Source of the DNA: Syntrophorhabdaceae bacterium
Lineage (GTDB): Bacteria; Desulfobacterota; Syntrophorhabdia; Syntrophorhabdales; Syntrophorhabdaceae
DNA length: 64,000 bases
Direction of reading: 5' to 3'
Assembly (NCBI GenBank): GCA_963665295.1
Contig: OY762209.1
Location: forward strand, 3,168,001 to 3,232,000
Part shown: piece by piece, positions 9,561-19,717 of the stretch
Layout of the letters: the number at the start of each line of letters is the position of its first letter
Numbering within the stretch: the first letter of the stretch is position 1
Translations under genes and position numbers: made by a program
Notes under the pieces: generated by a model
Seen by the model: the letters and a program-made list of their open reading frames with translations, nothing else
What the model was told of the DNA's origin: nothing
Databases searched by the model: none

Positions 9561-10874
9561 ATGCTAATTGAGAAAATAACGTCGAGAACTGCGCGGATAG
9601 GAGTAATAGGTCTTGGATACGTTGGGTTGCCTCTTGCTGTCGAGTTTGTGAAAGCCGGATTTTTTGTAATGGGGTTTGACATAGATGACAGGAAGGTTCT
9701 ACTCCTCAGCCAAGGGCGCAACTATGTCAAGCATGTGAGTATCGACCCCATAATGCAAACCGGAGAGTCCCAATCCTTTCCGAGCCTCGATAACGAAAAA
9801 TTTATCGCCTCCACCGATTTCTCCCTCCTCAAGGGGGCTGATTGTATCGTCGTCTGTGTTCCCACGCCTTTGGGGAAGAACCGTGAGCCTGATATGCAGT
9901 ACATTAAGGACACGATGAGGGTGGTTGCCGAGCATCTGGGAGTGGGACAACTCGTCGTCCTTGAGTCAACGACCTATCCCGGCACCACGGATGAAGAGGT
10001 AAAGTCGATTCTTGAGGAGAAGGGACTCAAAGTCGGCAGGGACTTCTACCTTGCTTTTTCTCCTGAACGGGAAGATCCGAACAATAAGGATTTCAGTCTA
10101 CGCACCGTTCCCAAGGTGGTTGGCGGGTGCACCGAGGGATGTCTCGCTGCGGCAAAAGCTCTCTATGATTCCATAGTATCCAGGACTGTTCCGGTATCAT
10201 CCACGAGAGTAGCCGAAGCTGCAAAGCTTCTGGAAAATATCTACCGGGCGGTCAACATCGCTTTGGTGAATGAACTCAAGATGATCTTTGACCGCATGGA
10301 CATAGACATATGGGAAGTGATCGACGCCGCTAAGACAAAGCCTTTCGGGTTTCAGCCGTTTTATCCCGGACCGGGACTTGGCGGGCATTGCATCCCCATC
10401 GATCCGTTCTATTTGACGTGGAAGGCGAAGGAGTATGATTTTCCGACCCGTTTCATTGAACTTGCCGGTGAAATTAATACTCTCATGCCTGATTTTGTCG
10501 TCGGCAAGGTGGTACAGGCACTCGGCGACAGCGGTAAGCCGCTCAAGGGTGCGCGCATTCTTATTCTGGGACTTGCCTATAAGCCGAATATTGGTGATGA
10601 TCGTGAATCGCCCTCTTATTACCTTATGGACAAACTGGAAGAGGGAGGTGCGATTGTTGATTACAATGACCCTCATATCCCCGAGATACTTCTGACGCGC
10701 AAGTTTGCCAAGTTTGCGGGAAGACGTTCCGTGGAAATCGACGGAAAACATGATCTGATCCTTATTGCCACGGGCCACGATGAATATAAAGCCATCAATT
10801 TCATTGGCCTCGATTTGCCGATAGTTGATACCCGGAATATAGCAGGCAAGGGCACCAAGATATATCCGGCTTGA
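9561..10874 (+). CDS. UDP-N-acetylhexosamine 6-dehydrogenase (WbpA/WecC family)
   Basis: GLGYVGLP, VPTPL, LESTTYPGTT, FSPER, GPGLGGHCIPIDP, GLAYKP..DDRESP. Confidence 0.92.
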   Translation: MLIEKITSRTARIGVIGLGYVGLPLAVEFVKAGFFVMGFDIDDRKVLLLSQGRNYVKHVSIDPIMQTGESQSFPSLDNEKFIASTDFSLLKGADCIVVCVPTPLGKNREPDMQYIKDTMRVVAEHLGVGQLVVLESTTYPGTTDEEVKSILEEKGLKVGRDFYLAFSPEREDPNNKDFSLRTVPKVVGGCTEGCLAAAKALYDSIVSRTVPVSSTRVAEAAKLLENIYRAVNIALVNELKMIFDRMDIDIWEVIDAAKTKPFGFQPFYPGPGLGGHCIPIDPFYLTWKAKEYDFPTRFIELAGEINTLMPDFVVGKVVQALGDSGKPLKGARILILGLAYKPNIGDDRESPSYYLMDKLEEGGAIVDYNDPHIPEILLTRKFAKFAGRRSVEIDGKHDLILIATGHDEYKAINFIGLDLPIVDTRNIAGKGTKIYPA

Positions 10875-10976
10875 AGACTCAATCTCAAAGAACCACAACC
10901 ACGGAATACCCGGAAAGCAGGTTTGTCGCCCTTCCGGTCCGGATCATCCTGATTCGGAGACCAAATTATTCCTGAC

Positions 10977-11858
10977 ATGCCGATCAAAACTCAAACCCTC
11001 GGGAAGCAGGAAAATCCAGGCACTGACTGGGATTTGATCATACGTCCGAAGTCGGGCCGGTTCGACCTGCGTCTCGGCGACCTGTGGCGTTATCGGGACC
11101 TGACAATGCTCTTTGTGCGCAGAGATTTCGTATCCCAGTATAAGCAGACTATACTTGGCCCCCTATGGTATCTTATACAACCTCTGCTTTCAACCATAAT
11201 GTTTACAATCATATTTGGGAAAATAGCAGGGTTGTCGACCGACGGTCTTCCCCAGTTTCTGTTCTACATGGCCGGCGTTACCTGTTGGAATTACTTTGCT
11301 GAATGCCTGAACCGCACTTCCGGTACGTTTATCGCAAACGCGGGTATTTTTGGAAAGGTTTATTTCCCTCGCCTGACAGTGCCCGTGTCGGTGGTTATTT
11401 CAAACCTCTTGAAGTTTGCGATCCAATTCACTTTCTTTGCCGCATTCCTTTTGTTTTATATGATCAAGGGGTTCAGCATACACCCCAGTATGTGGATGTT
11501 TCTCACTCCGTACCTACTGATCCTTATGGCGGGTCTCGGTCTTGGAACGGGCATCATTATATCCAGTTTGACGACCAAATATCGCGATCTGCAGATTCTC
11601 GTGGTCTTTGGAGTGCAACTCCTTATGTATGCCACGCCCGTCATCTATCCGTTGTCTGCAATACCGGGCAAATACCTTTGGCTGATATTGCTGAATCCGA
11701 TGACGCCCATTATCGAAGCCTTTCGCTTCATGTTTCTTGGCGCAGGCGCGTTCAGTCCGGTAAGCTTGGCATATAGCACTTTCGCGACACTGGTGATCTT
11801 ACTGATCGGTGTCCTTATCTTCAATAAAGTCGAAAAGTCTTTCATGGATACGGTATAA
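10977..11858 (+). CDS. wzm: Polysaccharide ABC transporter permease
   Basis: LWRYRDL..LFVRRDF..QYKQTILGPLW; KVYFPRL; KYRDL; YATPVIYP; LNPMTPIIEAFR. Confidence 0.93.
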   Translation: MPIKTQTLGKQENPGTDWDLIIRPKSGRFDLRLGDLWRYRDLTMLFVRRDFVSQYKQTILGPLWYLIQPLLSTIMFTIIFGKIAGLSTDGLPQFLFYMAGVTCWNYFAECLNRTSGTFIANAGIFGKVYFPRLTVPVSVVISNLLKFAIQFTFFAAFLLFYMIKGFSIHPSMWMFLTPYLLILMAGLGLGTGIIISSLTTKYRDLQILVVFGVQLLMYATPVIYPLSAIPGKYLWLILLNPMTPIIEAFRFMFLGAGAFSPVSLAYSTFATLVILLIGVLIFNKVEKSFMDTV

Positions 11859-11924
11859 AGCGACGGAAAGTATGGCGCAATCGAAAAAATTGAATAATCC
11901 TGAACCGTAAATCGAAAACCTCTT

Positions 11925-13268
11925 ATGCCCGACACTGTTATTCAGGTTGAAAACCTTTGCAAGTATTACCGTCTTGGCGTGGTGGGCACGGGAAGCTTGT
12001 CCCGGGACCTCCACCGCGTTTGGGCCAAGGTCAGGGGCAAACCTGACCCCGCCCTTCGCGTTGACCAACTTGCAGAGAATCAGGAATCGGGAACGCTAAA
12101 TGGGAAATTGAACAATGGTTTCATATGGGCTTTAAAAGACATTTCTTTCGAAGTTGAACAAGGGGAGGTCTTGGGGATCATCGGTCGTAATGGCGCCGGC
12201 AAGAGCACGCTCCTGAAGATACTCTCCCGTGTCACCACTCCCACCTCCGGTGAATGTCGGGTCAAGGGCCGCATCGCCAGCCTCCTTGAGGTCGGCACCG
12301 GCTTTCACCCCGAACTCACGGGGCGGGAGAATATCTTCCTCAACGGCGCCATCCTCGGCATGACCAAGGAAGAAATAAGACATAAATTCGATGATATAGT
12401 CGCATTTGCGGAGGTGGAAAGATTCATCGACACCCCCGTGAAACGCTATTCTTCCGGCATGTATGTGCGACTTGCTTTTGCCGTGGCTGCTCACCTGGAA
12501 CCGGAGATATTGATAGTTGACGAGGTACTGGCGGTGGGAGACGCGGCATTCCAGAAGAAGTGTCTGAGGAAGATGGGCTCTGTCGCTCACGAAGGGCGGA
12601 CGGTGCTGTTTGTGAGCCACAGCATGGATGCAATACTGGCACTATGTACGAAGGCAGTATTACTGGACAGAGGTGCGTTTCAATGTATTAGTGAAACTCA
12701 AATTGTCATAGATAGATACAAGAACGGAATTTTTAACAAGAATGGTATTTATGCTCAAAAGCGTGGCTTTGATGTCCTTAAAGGGCGAGGATCGGGAGAA
12801 GTCTGTTTTACGGGAATCTCAATAATGGATAGCAAGAAAGAAAAAACGGGATCAATCGCGCAGGGTGAGACGTTCTTCTTCGATATATCTTTTCGCGTAT
12901 TTATGAAGATTTCGGAACTGCAGTTATATGTGGCAATACAGGCTTCAAAATCAGGAGAAACCATATCATCGGTTAAGCATGTTATTTCTTGCGACACATT
13001 ACATGAAGGGACAAAGGGTCGTGCGGTGGTAGAGGTTTCGAATAATATATTCCGCCCGAAAGAGTACTCGCTTTATTTTTGGCTCGGTGACAGTTCTCCC
13101 AAAATGAGTACGGACGCCTTCCATATCATCGACGGTGACTACGCCCCACAGTTGACGATCATTCGCAGTTCCCGGAATATTATGGATGACAATCTGTACG
13201 TTAATGATGGTTTCTTCGGCATAGCATCGAGATGCGACGTCTTGGATATCGATTATGCCAGGCCATAG
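11925..13268 (+). CDS. wzt: Polysaccharide ABC transporter ATPase with C-terminal Wzt_C-like domain
   Basis: WALKDISFEV, GRNGAGKST, YSSGMYVRLAFA, DEVLAVGDAAFQKKC, VSH; beta-rich C-terminal extension. Confidence 0.93.
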   Translation: MPDTVIQVENLCKYYRLGVVGTGSLSRDLHRVWAKVRGKPDPALRVDQLAENQESGTLNGKLNNGFIWALKDISFEVEQGEVLGIIGRNGAGKSTLLKILSRVTTPTSGECRVKGRIASLLEVGTGFHPELTGRENIFLNGAILGMTKEEIRHKFDDIVAFAEVERFIDTPVKRYSSGMYVRLAFAVAAHLEPEILIVDEVLAVGDAAFQKKCLRKMGSVAHEGRTVLFVSHSMDAILALCTKAVLLDRGAFQCISETQIVIDRYKNGIFNKNGIYAQKRGFDVLKGRGSGEVCFTGISIMDSKKEKTGSIAQGETFFFDISFRVFMKISELQLYVAIQASKSGETISSVKHVISCDTLHEGTKGRAVVEVSNNIFRPKEYSLYFWLGDSSPKMSTDAFHIIDGDYAPQLTIIRSSRNIMDDNLYVNDGFFGIASRCDVLDIDYARP

Positions 13269-13373
13269 TCCCTCGGCTTCTACCCGGCTCAGCCACCTTG
13301 GACTCCGGTTTGCCAAAGCCGCGATGGGCTCATCTTCTTCATCCTCTCTTCAGACCAATGCGAGAAGAATGAC

Positions 13374-14084
13374 ATGAAAGTCGGTGCCATCATACAGGCA
13401 AGAATGGGATCTCGAAGACTTCCCGGTAAGGTGCTCAAGGAGATCAACGGCAAGCCTCTCCTGCTCTACCTCGTGGAACGCTTGGAAAGAAGTCCCGCCC
13501 TGGATGCGATAGTGATTGCGACCTCCAATGACGAGAGTGACGGGCCTGTTGCCGACTTTTGCATTACGAATGGCATTCCCTGCTTTAAAGGGCCATTAAA
13601 GAACGTAGCAAGACGGTTCCTGGACCTTCTTGCTGCCTTTCCTTTCGATGCGTTCGTGCGCATCAACGGCGACAGCCCTCTCCTCGATCAACGTCTTGTA
13701 ACACAGGCGGTGGATATTTTCCGCCGGTCCTCTTACGACATCGTCACCAATGTCCAGAAAAGAACCTTTCCGAAAGGCCAGTCGGTGGAGGTCATCAAAA
13801 GTGATTATTATCGCGCCCACTATCCACTTTTTGCCGATGAACACGATCGCGAACACGTGACGCCATATTTTTACAGGAATAACGAAAAGGTCAACATGCT
13901 AAATATGGAATCGGGCAAGAATCTGGGTTCTGTCCAATTATCCATCGATACCTCGGAAGACTTTCGCATGGTCGAAAAGATGATCAAGCTCATGGATGAA
14001 CCTCATTGGGAGTATACAGTGAGAGACCTGGTATCATTGCAGGCACAGGCGTTGCAAAAAGAGGGCCGAGACAGAGATGCTTAA
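13374..14084 (+). CDS. SpsF-like cytidylyltransferase (CMP-nonulosonate synthetase family)
   Basis: IIQARMGSRRLPGKVL, VRINGDSPLLD, FPKG..VEV, REHVTPY, LSIDT.ED. Confidence 0.85.
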   Translation: MKVGAIIQARMGSRRLPGKVLKEINGKPLLLYLVERLERSPALDAIVIATSNDESDGPVADFCITNGIPCFKGPLKNVARRFLDLLAAFPFDAFVRINGDSPLLDQRLVTQAVDIFRRSSYDIVTNVQKRTFPKGQSVEVIKSDYYRAHYPLFADEHDREHVTPYFYRNNEKVNMLNMESGKNLGSVQLSIDTSEDFRMVEKMIKLMDEPHWEYTVRDLVSLQAQALQKEGRDRDA

Positions 14085-15087
14085 GGCGGGAATCATCGGT
14101 CTCGGGGTGGGCGAACAACATATTCCAGGTTACCGCGGCCATCCCGATTGCGAAGTGGTAGCTCTTTGCGACCTGTCGGAGGAGAAGCTTTCAGAGGTCG
14201 GGAGCCGCTATCCGGAACCGTACAGGACGACCAGAGCCGGCGATATACTGGAAGATCCCGACATTAACGCGGTTTCCATCGCGTCTTACGATGACGCCCA
14301 TGGCGCCCAGGTTTGTCAGGCCCTTGATCATGATAAGCATGTCTTTGTGGAGAAGCCTCTCTGCCTTTATGAGGAAGAGGCTGTCGGTATCCGCGAGCGC
14401 TTGCGACGTAAGCCCCACTTAAAACTAAGCTCCAATTTGATTCTCCGGAAAGCGCCCCGCTTCCAGGTTCTGAAAGAGATGGTTACGGCAGGCGACATGG
14501 GGGATATCTACTATATTGAAGGGGATTACAATTACGGGCGGATTGAAAAGATTACGGAAGGCTGGAGGGGTAAGATTGATTTTTACTCCGTAGTTTACGG
14601 CGGGGGCATCCATCTGATCGATCTGATGCTATGGCTTACCGGGGACGAGATAGTGGAAGTCAGCGCCTACGGCAACCGCATATGTGCGGAGAACACCCCG
14701 TTTCGCTATCGTGATCTGACGGCGGCCATCCTGAAATTCAAGAGCGGGATGGTTGGCAAGATGACGGCAAATTTCGGCTGTATGTTTCCGCATTTCCATC
14801 CGCTGGCCTTGTACGGAACCAAGGCGACCTTCATTAACGGTCGAAAGACAGGAGAACTATATCGTTCACGGGATCCAAAGATCGAACCGGAGAAGATAGA
14901 AGCGGCCTATCCCGGGGCGTCAAAGGGTGACTTCCTTTCTACCTTTATTGACGCGATTCTCGAAGACGGCCAGCCGGAAGTTTCAGCTGCGGAAGTCTTT
15001 GCTGCCATGTCGGTCTGCTTCGCTATCGAGAAAGCGGTACAGGAAAATAAAACTGTTGCGGTGAAGAATTTGTGGGAGGAAGAATGA
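14077..15087 (+). CDS. Gfo/Idh/MocA-family oxidoreductase
   Basis: GIIGLGVG, KHVFVEKP, GIHLIDL motifs. Confidence 0.88.
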   Translation: MLKAGIIGLGVGEQHIPGYRGHPDCEVVALCDLSEEKLSEVGSRYPEPYRTTRAGDILEDPDINAVSIASYDDAHGAQVCQALDHDKHVFVEKPLCLYEEEAVGIRERLRRKPHLKLSSNLILRKAPRFQVLKEMVTAGDMGDIYYIEGDYNYGRIEKITEGWRGKIDFYSVVYGGGIHLIDLMLWLTGDEIVEVSAYGNRICAENTPFRYRDLTAAILKFKSGMVGKMTANFGCMFPHFHPLALYGTKATFINGRKTGELYRSRDPKIEPEKIEAAYPGASKGDFLSTFIDAILEDGQPEVSAAEVFAAMSVCFAIEKAVQENKTVAVKNLWEEE

Positions 15088-16229
15088 CAAAAATACCGTT
15101 TGGTCGTCCCATGATAGGTGAGGAGGAGCGCGATGCCGTCCTTGGAGTCTTACAGGGGACCACTTTCGTTCATGGGCCTAAGGCCCTCGAATTTGAAGCA
15201 GCTTTTGCACAATTCAGCGCTGCCCCTTACGCCGTCAGCGTATCCTCTTGTACGGCAGGTATGCACCTTATCTATTTTTCGCTTGGCTATGGACTGGGGG
15301 ATGAAGTCATTGTTCCCGCACAGACCCATGTTGCCACTGCTCATGCCGTAGAGCTTACCGGGGCGCGTCCTGTTTTTGTGGATGCAGAACCGGAAACAGG
15401 CAATATTGATATTGAGCAGATCGAAGCGGCCATCACGTCACGAACGCGCGCGATCTCAGTAGTGCACTACCTGGGTGTGCCCGTTGACATGCCCGCAGTT
15501 GTTGAGATCGCCCGTCGTCATAACCTTTTTCTGCTGGAAGATTGTGCCCTGTCCCCGGGGGCAAAAGTGGATGGTGTACACACAGGTTTACATGGTGACG
15601 CGGGAGTATTTTCTTTCTATCCGGTAAAGCATATTACCACCGCAGAGGGGGGAATGATTATCCTTCGCGATGGCGAACTGGCCTCCAAGCTGAGACTGAA
15701 AAAGGCATTCGGGGTAGACCGTACCCACAGCGAACGGAAGATTCCCGGTGTGTATGATACTACGGCCTTGGGTTTCAACTACAGGATGAGCGAGATTCAT
15801 GCTGCCATAGGTGTAGAGCAGGTCAGGAAATTGCCGGATTTTCTGGCGCAAAGGTCCAGGAACCACCAGGCGCTGTCAAAAGCCCTGGCAGACGTGCCCG
15901 GGCTTCGCGTCCTTCCCGCCCCGACCAATCGTCTGCTGAGTTGCCATTATTGCCTGTCGGTTGTGCTTGATGACGATTTGGCGCCACGGCGGCCTGAAAT
16001 CATCGCGGCCCTCGCGGAACGAGGCGTCGGCACCAGTGTCTACTATCCGCAACCAGTACCGAGGATGACATATTACAGGGAGAAATATGGGTATGAACCA
16101 CGCGGTTTTCCTAATGCGGCGCGCATCAGCGACGCCTCCATTGCCTTTCCCGTTGGACCTCACCTGAGCACGAACGATATGGCTGAAATTGCTTCGTATC
16201 TCAAAGCGATAATGAAAGGAGTAAACTAA
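15084..16229 (+). CDS. DegT/DnrJ/EryC1/StrS PLP-dependent sugar aminotransferase
   Basis: SSCTAGMHL, GDEVIVP, LEDCA, FSFYPVKHITTAEGG, GFNYRM; ATG 15084 after GGAGG. Confidence 0.92.
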   Translation: MTKIPFGRPMIGEEERDAVLGVLQGTTFVHGPKALEFEAAFAQFSAAPYAVSVSSCTAGMHLIYFSLGYGLGDEVIVPAQTHVATAHAVELTGARPVFVDAEPETGNIDIEQIEAAITSRTRAISVVHYLGVPVDMPAVVEIARRHNLFLLEDCALSPGAKVDGVHTGLHGDAGVFSFYPVKHITTAEGGMIILRDGELASKLRLKKAFGVDRTHSERKIPGVYDTTALGFNYRMSEIHAAIGVEQVRKLPDFLAQRSRNHQALSKALADVPGLRVLPAPTNRLLSCHYCLSVVLDDDLAPRRPEIIAALAERGVGTSVYYPQPVPRMTYYREKYGYEPRGFPNAARISDASIAFPVGPHLSTNDMAEIASYLKAIMKGVN

Positions 16230-17266
16230 TGAGTACAAGACCCATAGAAAATCGCCGAATCACAATCATTGGAGGCGCCGGTTTCATAGGCCACAAGATG
16301 GCCCTTCACCTGAAAAGCCTGGGCGCTGAAGTGTCTTTGATCGATGGATTGGAAGTGAACAATCTTACCTCGGTTGTCGGCAATGCCGACAACCTGCCTC
16401 ATCCGGACCTTTCACTCACCGTAATCCATGAACGTCTGCGCCTTCTGCGTGAGGCGAACATTCCATTGTTTGTCCAGGACGCGCGTGACTACCATGCGCT
16501 TTCTCATTTGCTGGCGAAGACCAATCCGCAGGTGATCGTGCATCTCGCGGCGGTTTCTCACGCCAATCGTTCCAACAAAGACCCTTATTCGACGTTTGAT
16601 CATAGTTTCAGGACTCTCGAAAACGCGTTGGATAACGCAAAAGGACGGGTGGAGCAATTCGTATATTTCTCCTCCAGTATGGTCTATGGGCATTTTAAGG
16701 GAGGTTGGGTGGACGAAGATACTCCCTGTGAGCCCCTGGGCATCTATGGCGCCCTGAAGTATGGCGGGGAGAAACTCGTTATTGCATATAACCAGGTTTT
16801 TGGGTTGCCATATACCATCGTCCGCCCGTCAGCCCTTTATGGTCAACGCTGCATCAGTCGTCGTGTGGGCCAGATATTTATCGAAAATGCGCTTTTTGGA
16901 GAAGAAATTACAATTAACGGCGATGGATCGGATAGTCTGGACTTCACGTACATCCAGGATCTCGTGGAAGGCATCGCGAAGGTGATCGAGAATGACAACG
17001 CTATCAACCAGACTTTCAATCTCACCTATGGGTCCGCCCGCACGATCGGCGATATGGTTGATATTTTGAAAGCGTATTTCCCTAAAGTAACGGTGCGTAG
17101 TATCCACAAGGATGCACTGATGCCGGAACGAGGTACACTTTCGGTGGAAAAGGCACGATCCCTGATCGATTACAAACCGGACTGGCCTTTGGATAAGGGG
17201 TACCCACGGTATATTGAATGGTATACGGATCTCTTTGATCGAAATCCGAGCCTGCGTATGAGGTGA
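16229..17266 (+). CDS. NAD-dependent NDP-sugar epimerase/dehydratase (extended SDR)
   Basis: GGAGFIG, HLAA, SSSMVYG, YGALK, DFTYIQD. Confidence 0.88.
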   Translation: MSTRPIENRRITIIGGAGFIGHKMALHLKSLGAEVSLIDGLEVNNLTSVVGNADNLPHPDLSLTVIHERLRLLREANIPLFVQDARDYHALSHLLAKTNPQVIVHLAAVSHANRSNKDPYSTFDHSFRTLENALDNAKGRVEQFVYFSSSMVYGHFKGGWVDEDTPCEPLGIYGALKYGGEKLVIAYNQVFGLPYTIVRPSALYGQRCISRRVGQIFIENALFGEEITINGDGSDSLDFTYIQDLVEGIAKVIENDNAINQTFNLTYGSARTIGDMVDILKAYFPKVTVRSIHKDALMPERGTLSVEKARSLIDYKPDWPLDKGYPRYIEWYTDLFDRNPSLRMR

Positions 17267-17976
17267 AGATGGTTAATGATCGCCTGGTTTACGACGAGTG
17301 GCTGAGTGGTCTGCTGGGCTGCCCTGCGCTTCACCTGACGGGATCTGCCGGGTCCCTGGGAGTCCGGGATCTGCCAAAAGAGCTGGCTTTTGTAGATGCA
17401 AAAGTGGGGGTTGCACGGACTGATGAACTTCGACATCTCCAGAAGCTGGGTTTTCAGGTGGTGGACACCAATGTGCAGTTAAGTCGGAAGGCAAACCCTC
17501 TGAAACTGTCCTCGGAAACGTGCCGGTTTGCGGTCCCCGAGGATGAAGGTTGGGTACGTGATACTGCGGCAAACTCCTTTTCGGTAAGCCGGTTTCACCT
17601 GGACACAAAGATCCCGAAGAAGACCGCAGATCGAATCAAGGAAGATTGGGCAGGCAATTTTTTCTGCGGCAGCCGTGGTGACTGGATGGTAGTTGCAGAA
17701 GAAAAAGATGGTCCGGCTGGGTTTCTTCAACTCCTCAGGCATGGAGACACAGGAATCCGGATTGATCTGGTGGCTGTGGCGGAGAAAGCTCGTGGTCGGG
17801 GGTTGGCGCAGGCAATGATCGGGTTTGGTAGCCAACGGTGTTTGGGAAAGCCGGCGGAGGTTCTTGTAGGTACCCAGATTGCAAATATACATTCACTAAA
17901 CCTTTACTCGGTCTTGGGTTTTGTTCTTACCTCGGCAGCTTATGTGTTGCACCTCCATACGGGCGTCTCGGCATGA
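17263..17976 (+). CDS. GNAT acetyltransferase (WecD/RffC-like)
   Basis: SRFHLD, IDLVAV..ARGRGLA, VGTQ.AN..S.NLY..LGF. Confidence 0.8.
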   Translation: MKMVNDRLVYDEWLSGLLGCPALHLTGSAGSLGVRDLPKELAFVDAKVGVARTDELRHLQKLGFQVVDTNVQLSRKANPLKLSSETCRFAVPEDEGWVRDTAANSFSVSRFHLDTKIPKKTADRIKEDWAGNFFCGSRGDWMVVAEEKDGPAGFLQLLRHGDTGIRIDLVAVAEKARGRGLAQAMIGFGSQRCLGKPAEVLVGTQIANIHSLNLYSVLGFVLTSAAYVLHLHTGVSA

Positions 17977-18992
17977 GGATAGGCAACTTCGACACGGACA
18001 GGGAGGTATTTATTATTGCGGAGATCGGCAACAACCATGAGGGCAGCTACACACGGGCCGAAGAGATGATTGGCCGAGCCGCTGAAGCCGGCGCTCACGC
18101 GGTAAAATTTCAGACATTCATTCCTGAGTTGTATGTTACTTGTGACGATATTGGACGGCTGGAGCGTTTGCGCCGTTTTCAGCTTTCCTTTCAGGAATTT
18201 GAACGTTTGGCCACGCAGGCAAAGAAAACAGGGGTGGTGTTCTTTTCCACTCCTTTTGATATCGAAAGTGCCAGGTTTCTGAACAGTATCCAGTCTGTAT
18301 TCAAAATTGCATCCTCGGATAACACGTTTTACCCGCTTATCGACATTGTGGCAGGCTTCGGAAAACCGATGATCGTGTCAACGGGGTTCGCCGACCTCCC
18401 CCTGCTCCAGCGCGTTCGAGATCGGGTTAGTGCGGTTTGGGGGCGCGACGGGGTGTCGCCTGGTTTTGCGCTGCTACATTGTGTGTCAAGCTATCCCGTG
18501 CCCCCGGAGCAGGCAAACCTTGGCGCTATTTCCGTCCTTAAGAGCAGGTTCCCGGATACGGTGATTGGATACTCGGACCACACGCTGGATATCGAAGCCG
18601 CCACCTATGCGGTAGTGGCGGGAGCCCGCATCCTCGAGAAGCACTTCACCTTGGATAAGCAATATTCGGACTTCCGTGACCATCAACTTTCGGCTGACCC
18701 AGCCGAATTTCGCGGTCTGGTGAACTCCGTTCGCGCAGCGGAGGCGATGTTGGGACTTGGTGAAAAGAAGGCACAACCATGTGAAGAAGTAGTAAAGATA
18801 GACGTACGGCGCTCCATTGCCGCCGCCAGGAAACTGCCCGCGGGGGTTGTACTGAGGGTTGACGACCTGACGTGGGTACGTCCCGGTACCGGAATCCCAC
18901 CCGGAGAAGAGTCATGTGTAGTCGGCCGCCGTCTGTCGCGGCCAATGAAGCAGGGTGAGTTAATTACACCTGGAGACCTGACCTCGTCTTGA
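17973..18992 (+). CDS. neuB: Nonulosonic acid synthase (NeuB/PseI/LegI/SpsE family) with C-terminal SAF domain
   Basis: IIAEIGNNHEG, AVKFQ, STPFD, KIAS, LHCVSSYP, GYSDHT, EKHFTLD, DH.LS; RRSI...RPGTGIPP; ATGA overlap gives start 17973. Confidence 0.92.
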   Translation: MRIGNFDTDREVFIIAEIGNNHEGSYTRAEEMIGRAAEAGAHAVKFQTFIPELYVTCDDIGRLERLRRFQLSFQEFERLATQAKKTGVVFFSTPFDIESARFLNSIQSVFKIASSDNTFYPLIDIVAGFGKPMIVSTGFADLPLLQRVRDRVSAVWGRDGVSPGFALLHCVSSYPVPPEQANLGAISVLKSRFPDTVIGYSDHTLDIEAATYAVVAGARILEKHFTLDKQYSDFRDHQLSADPAEFRGLVNSVRAAEAMLGLGEKKAQPCEEVVKIDVRRSIAAARKLPAGVVLRVDDLTWVRPGTGIPPGEESCVVGRRLSRPMKQGELITPGDLTSS

Positions 18993-19717
18993 AGATTACA
19001 GTCTTGACCACGGAAACGCCGCACCACGCTTATTTTGTGCGTGAACTTGCGGCAGCCCATGACAATGTTGAAGTGTTCTGCGAGACAACGACGGCCGTCA
19101 AACCGCCTTTTGCGACCCACCATCCTTTTGAAGACGAGCGTGACCATTATGAATGGCAATCCTGGTTTGGCGGCACTCGAACCAGAATCGGTGAAATTGT
19201 GCCTACACATCTATTTGACTCTTTGAATAGCCGGACCGCGGTTAAGGCACTCGTCGGGAGTCGTGCAGATGTTATCATAGTGTTTGGAACCGGCGTTTTG
19301 AAAGGTTCGGTGATTACCGCGAAACCACATGGGATATTTAACTTACACGGCGGCGACCCGGAGTGCTACCGTGGCCTCGATACTCACTTGTGGGCAATCT
19401 ATCATCGGGATTTTGAAGGACTGATCACGACGCTTCATCGTCTTGAGGAGGATCTCGACACCGGGGACATTGTTATGCAAGGTAAGATCCCTCTATCGAA
19501 AGAAATGCCGATCTACGCATTGCGCAGGTCCAATACAGAGATGTGCGTTGCCCTCAGCTTGACGGCAATTGACATGATCCGGCGAAGCGGCAGCGTAATC
19601 TCAAGACCACAGCGGACGAGGGGGCGTTATTATTCCTCCATGCCGACTGACCTAAAAGATGTTTGCAGAAAACGATTCGAATCCTATACGGCGGGGTTGG
19701 ATAATGGTTCTCGATAA
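18989..19717 (+). CDS. Formyltransferase-family protein (candidate sugar N-formyltransferase)
   Basis: FNLHGG.PE.YRG, TLHRL...LDTGDIV formyl_trans_N motifs; TTG start. Confidence 0.8.
   Translation: MKITVLTTETPHHAYFVRELAAAHDNVEVFCETTTAVKPPFATHHPFEDERDHYEWQSWFGGTRTRIGEIVPTHLFDSLNSRTAVKALVGSRADVIIVFGTGVLKGSVITAKPHGIFNLHGGDPECYRGLDTHLWAIYHRDFEGLITTLHRLEEDLDTGDIVMQGKIPLSKEMPIYALRRSNTEMCVALSLTAIDMIRRSGSVISRPQRTRGRYYSSMPTDLKDVCRKRFESYTAGLDNGSR

Noticed and set aside
17838..17972. Long N-terminal extensions given by the ORF track for neuB (also 19659, 24904, 27734, 31383, 41908, 45885)
   Set aside because: They overlap upstream genes; downstream ATGs with RBS or stop/start coupling fit better
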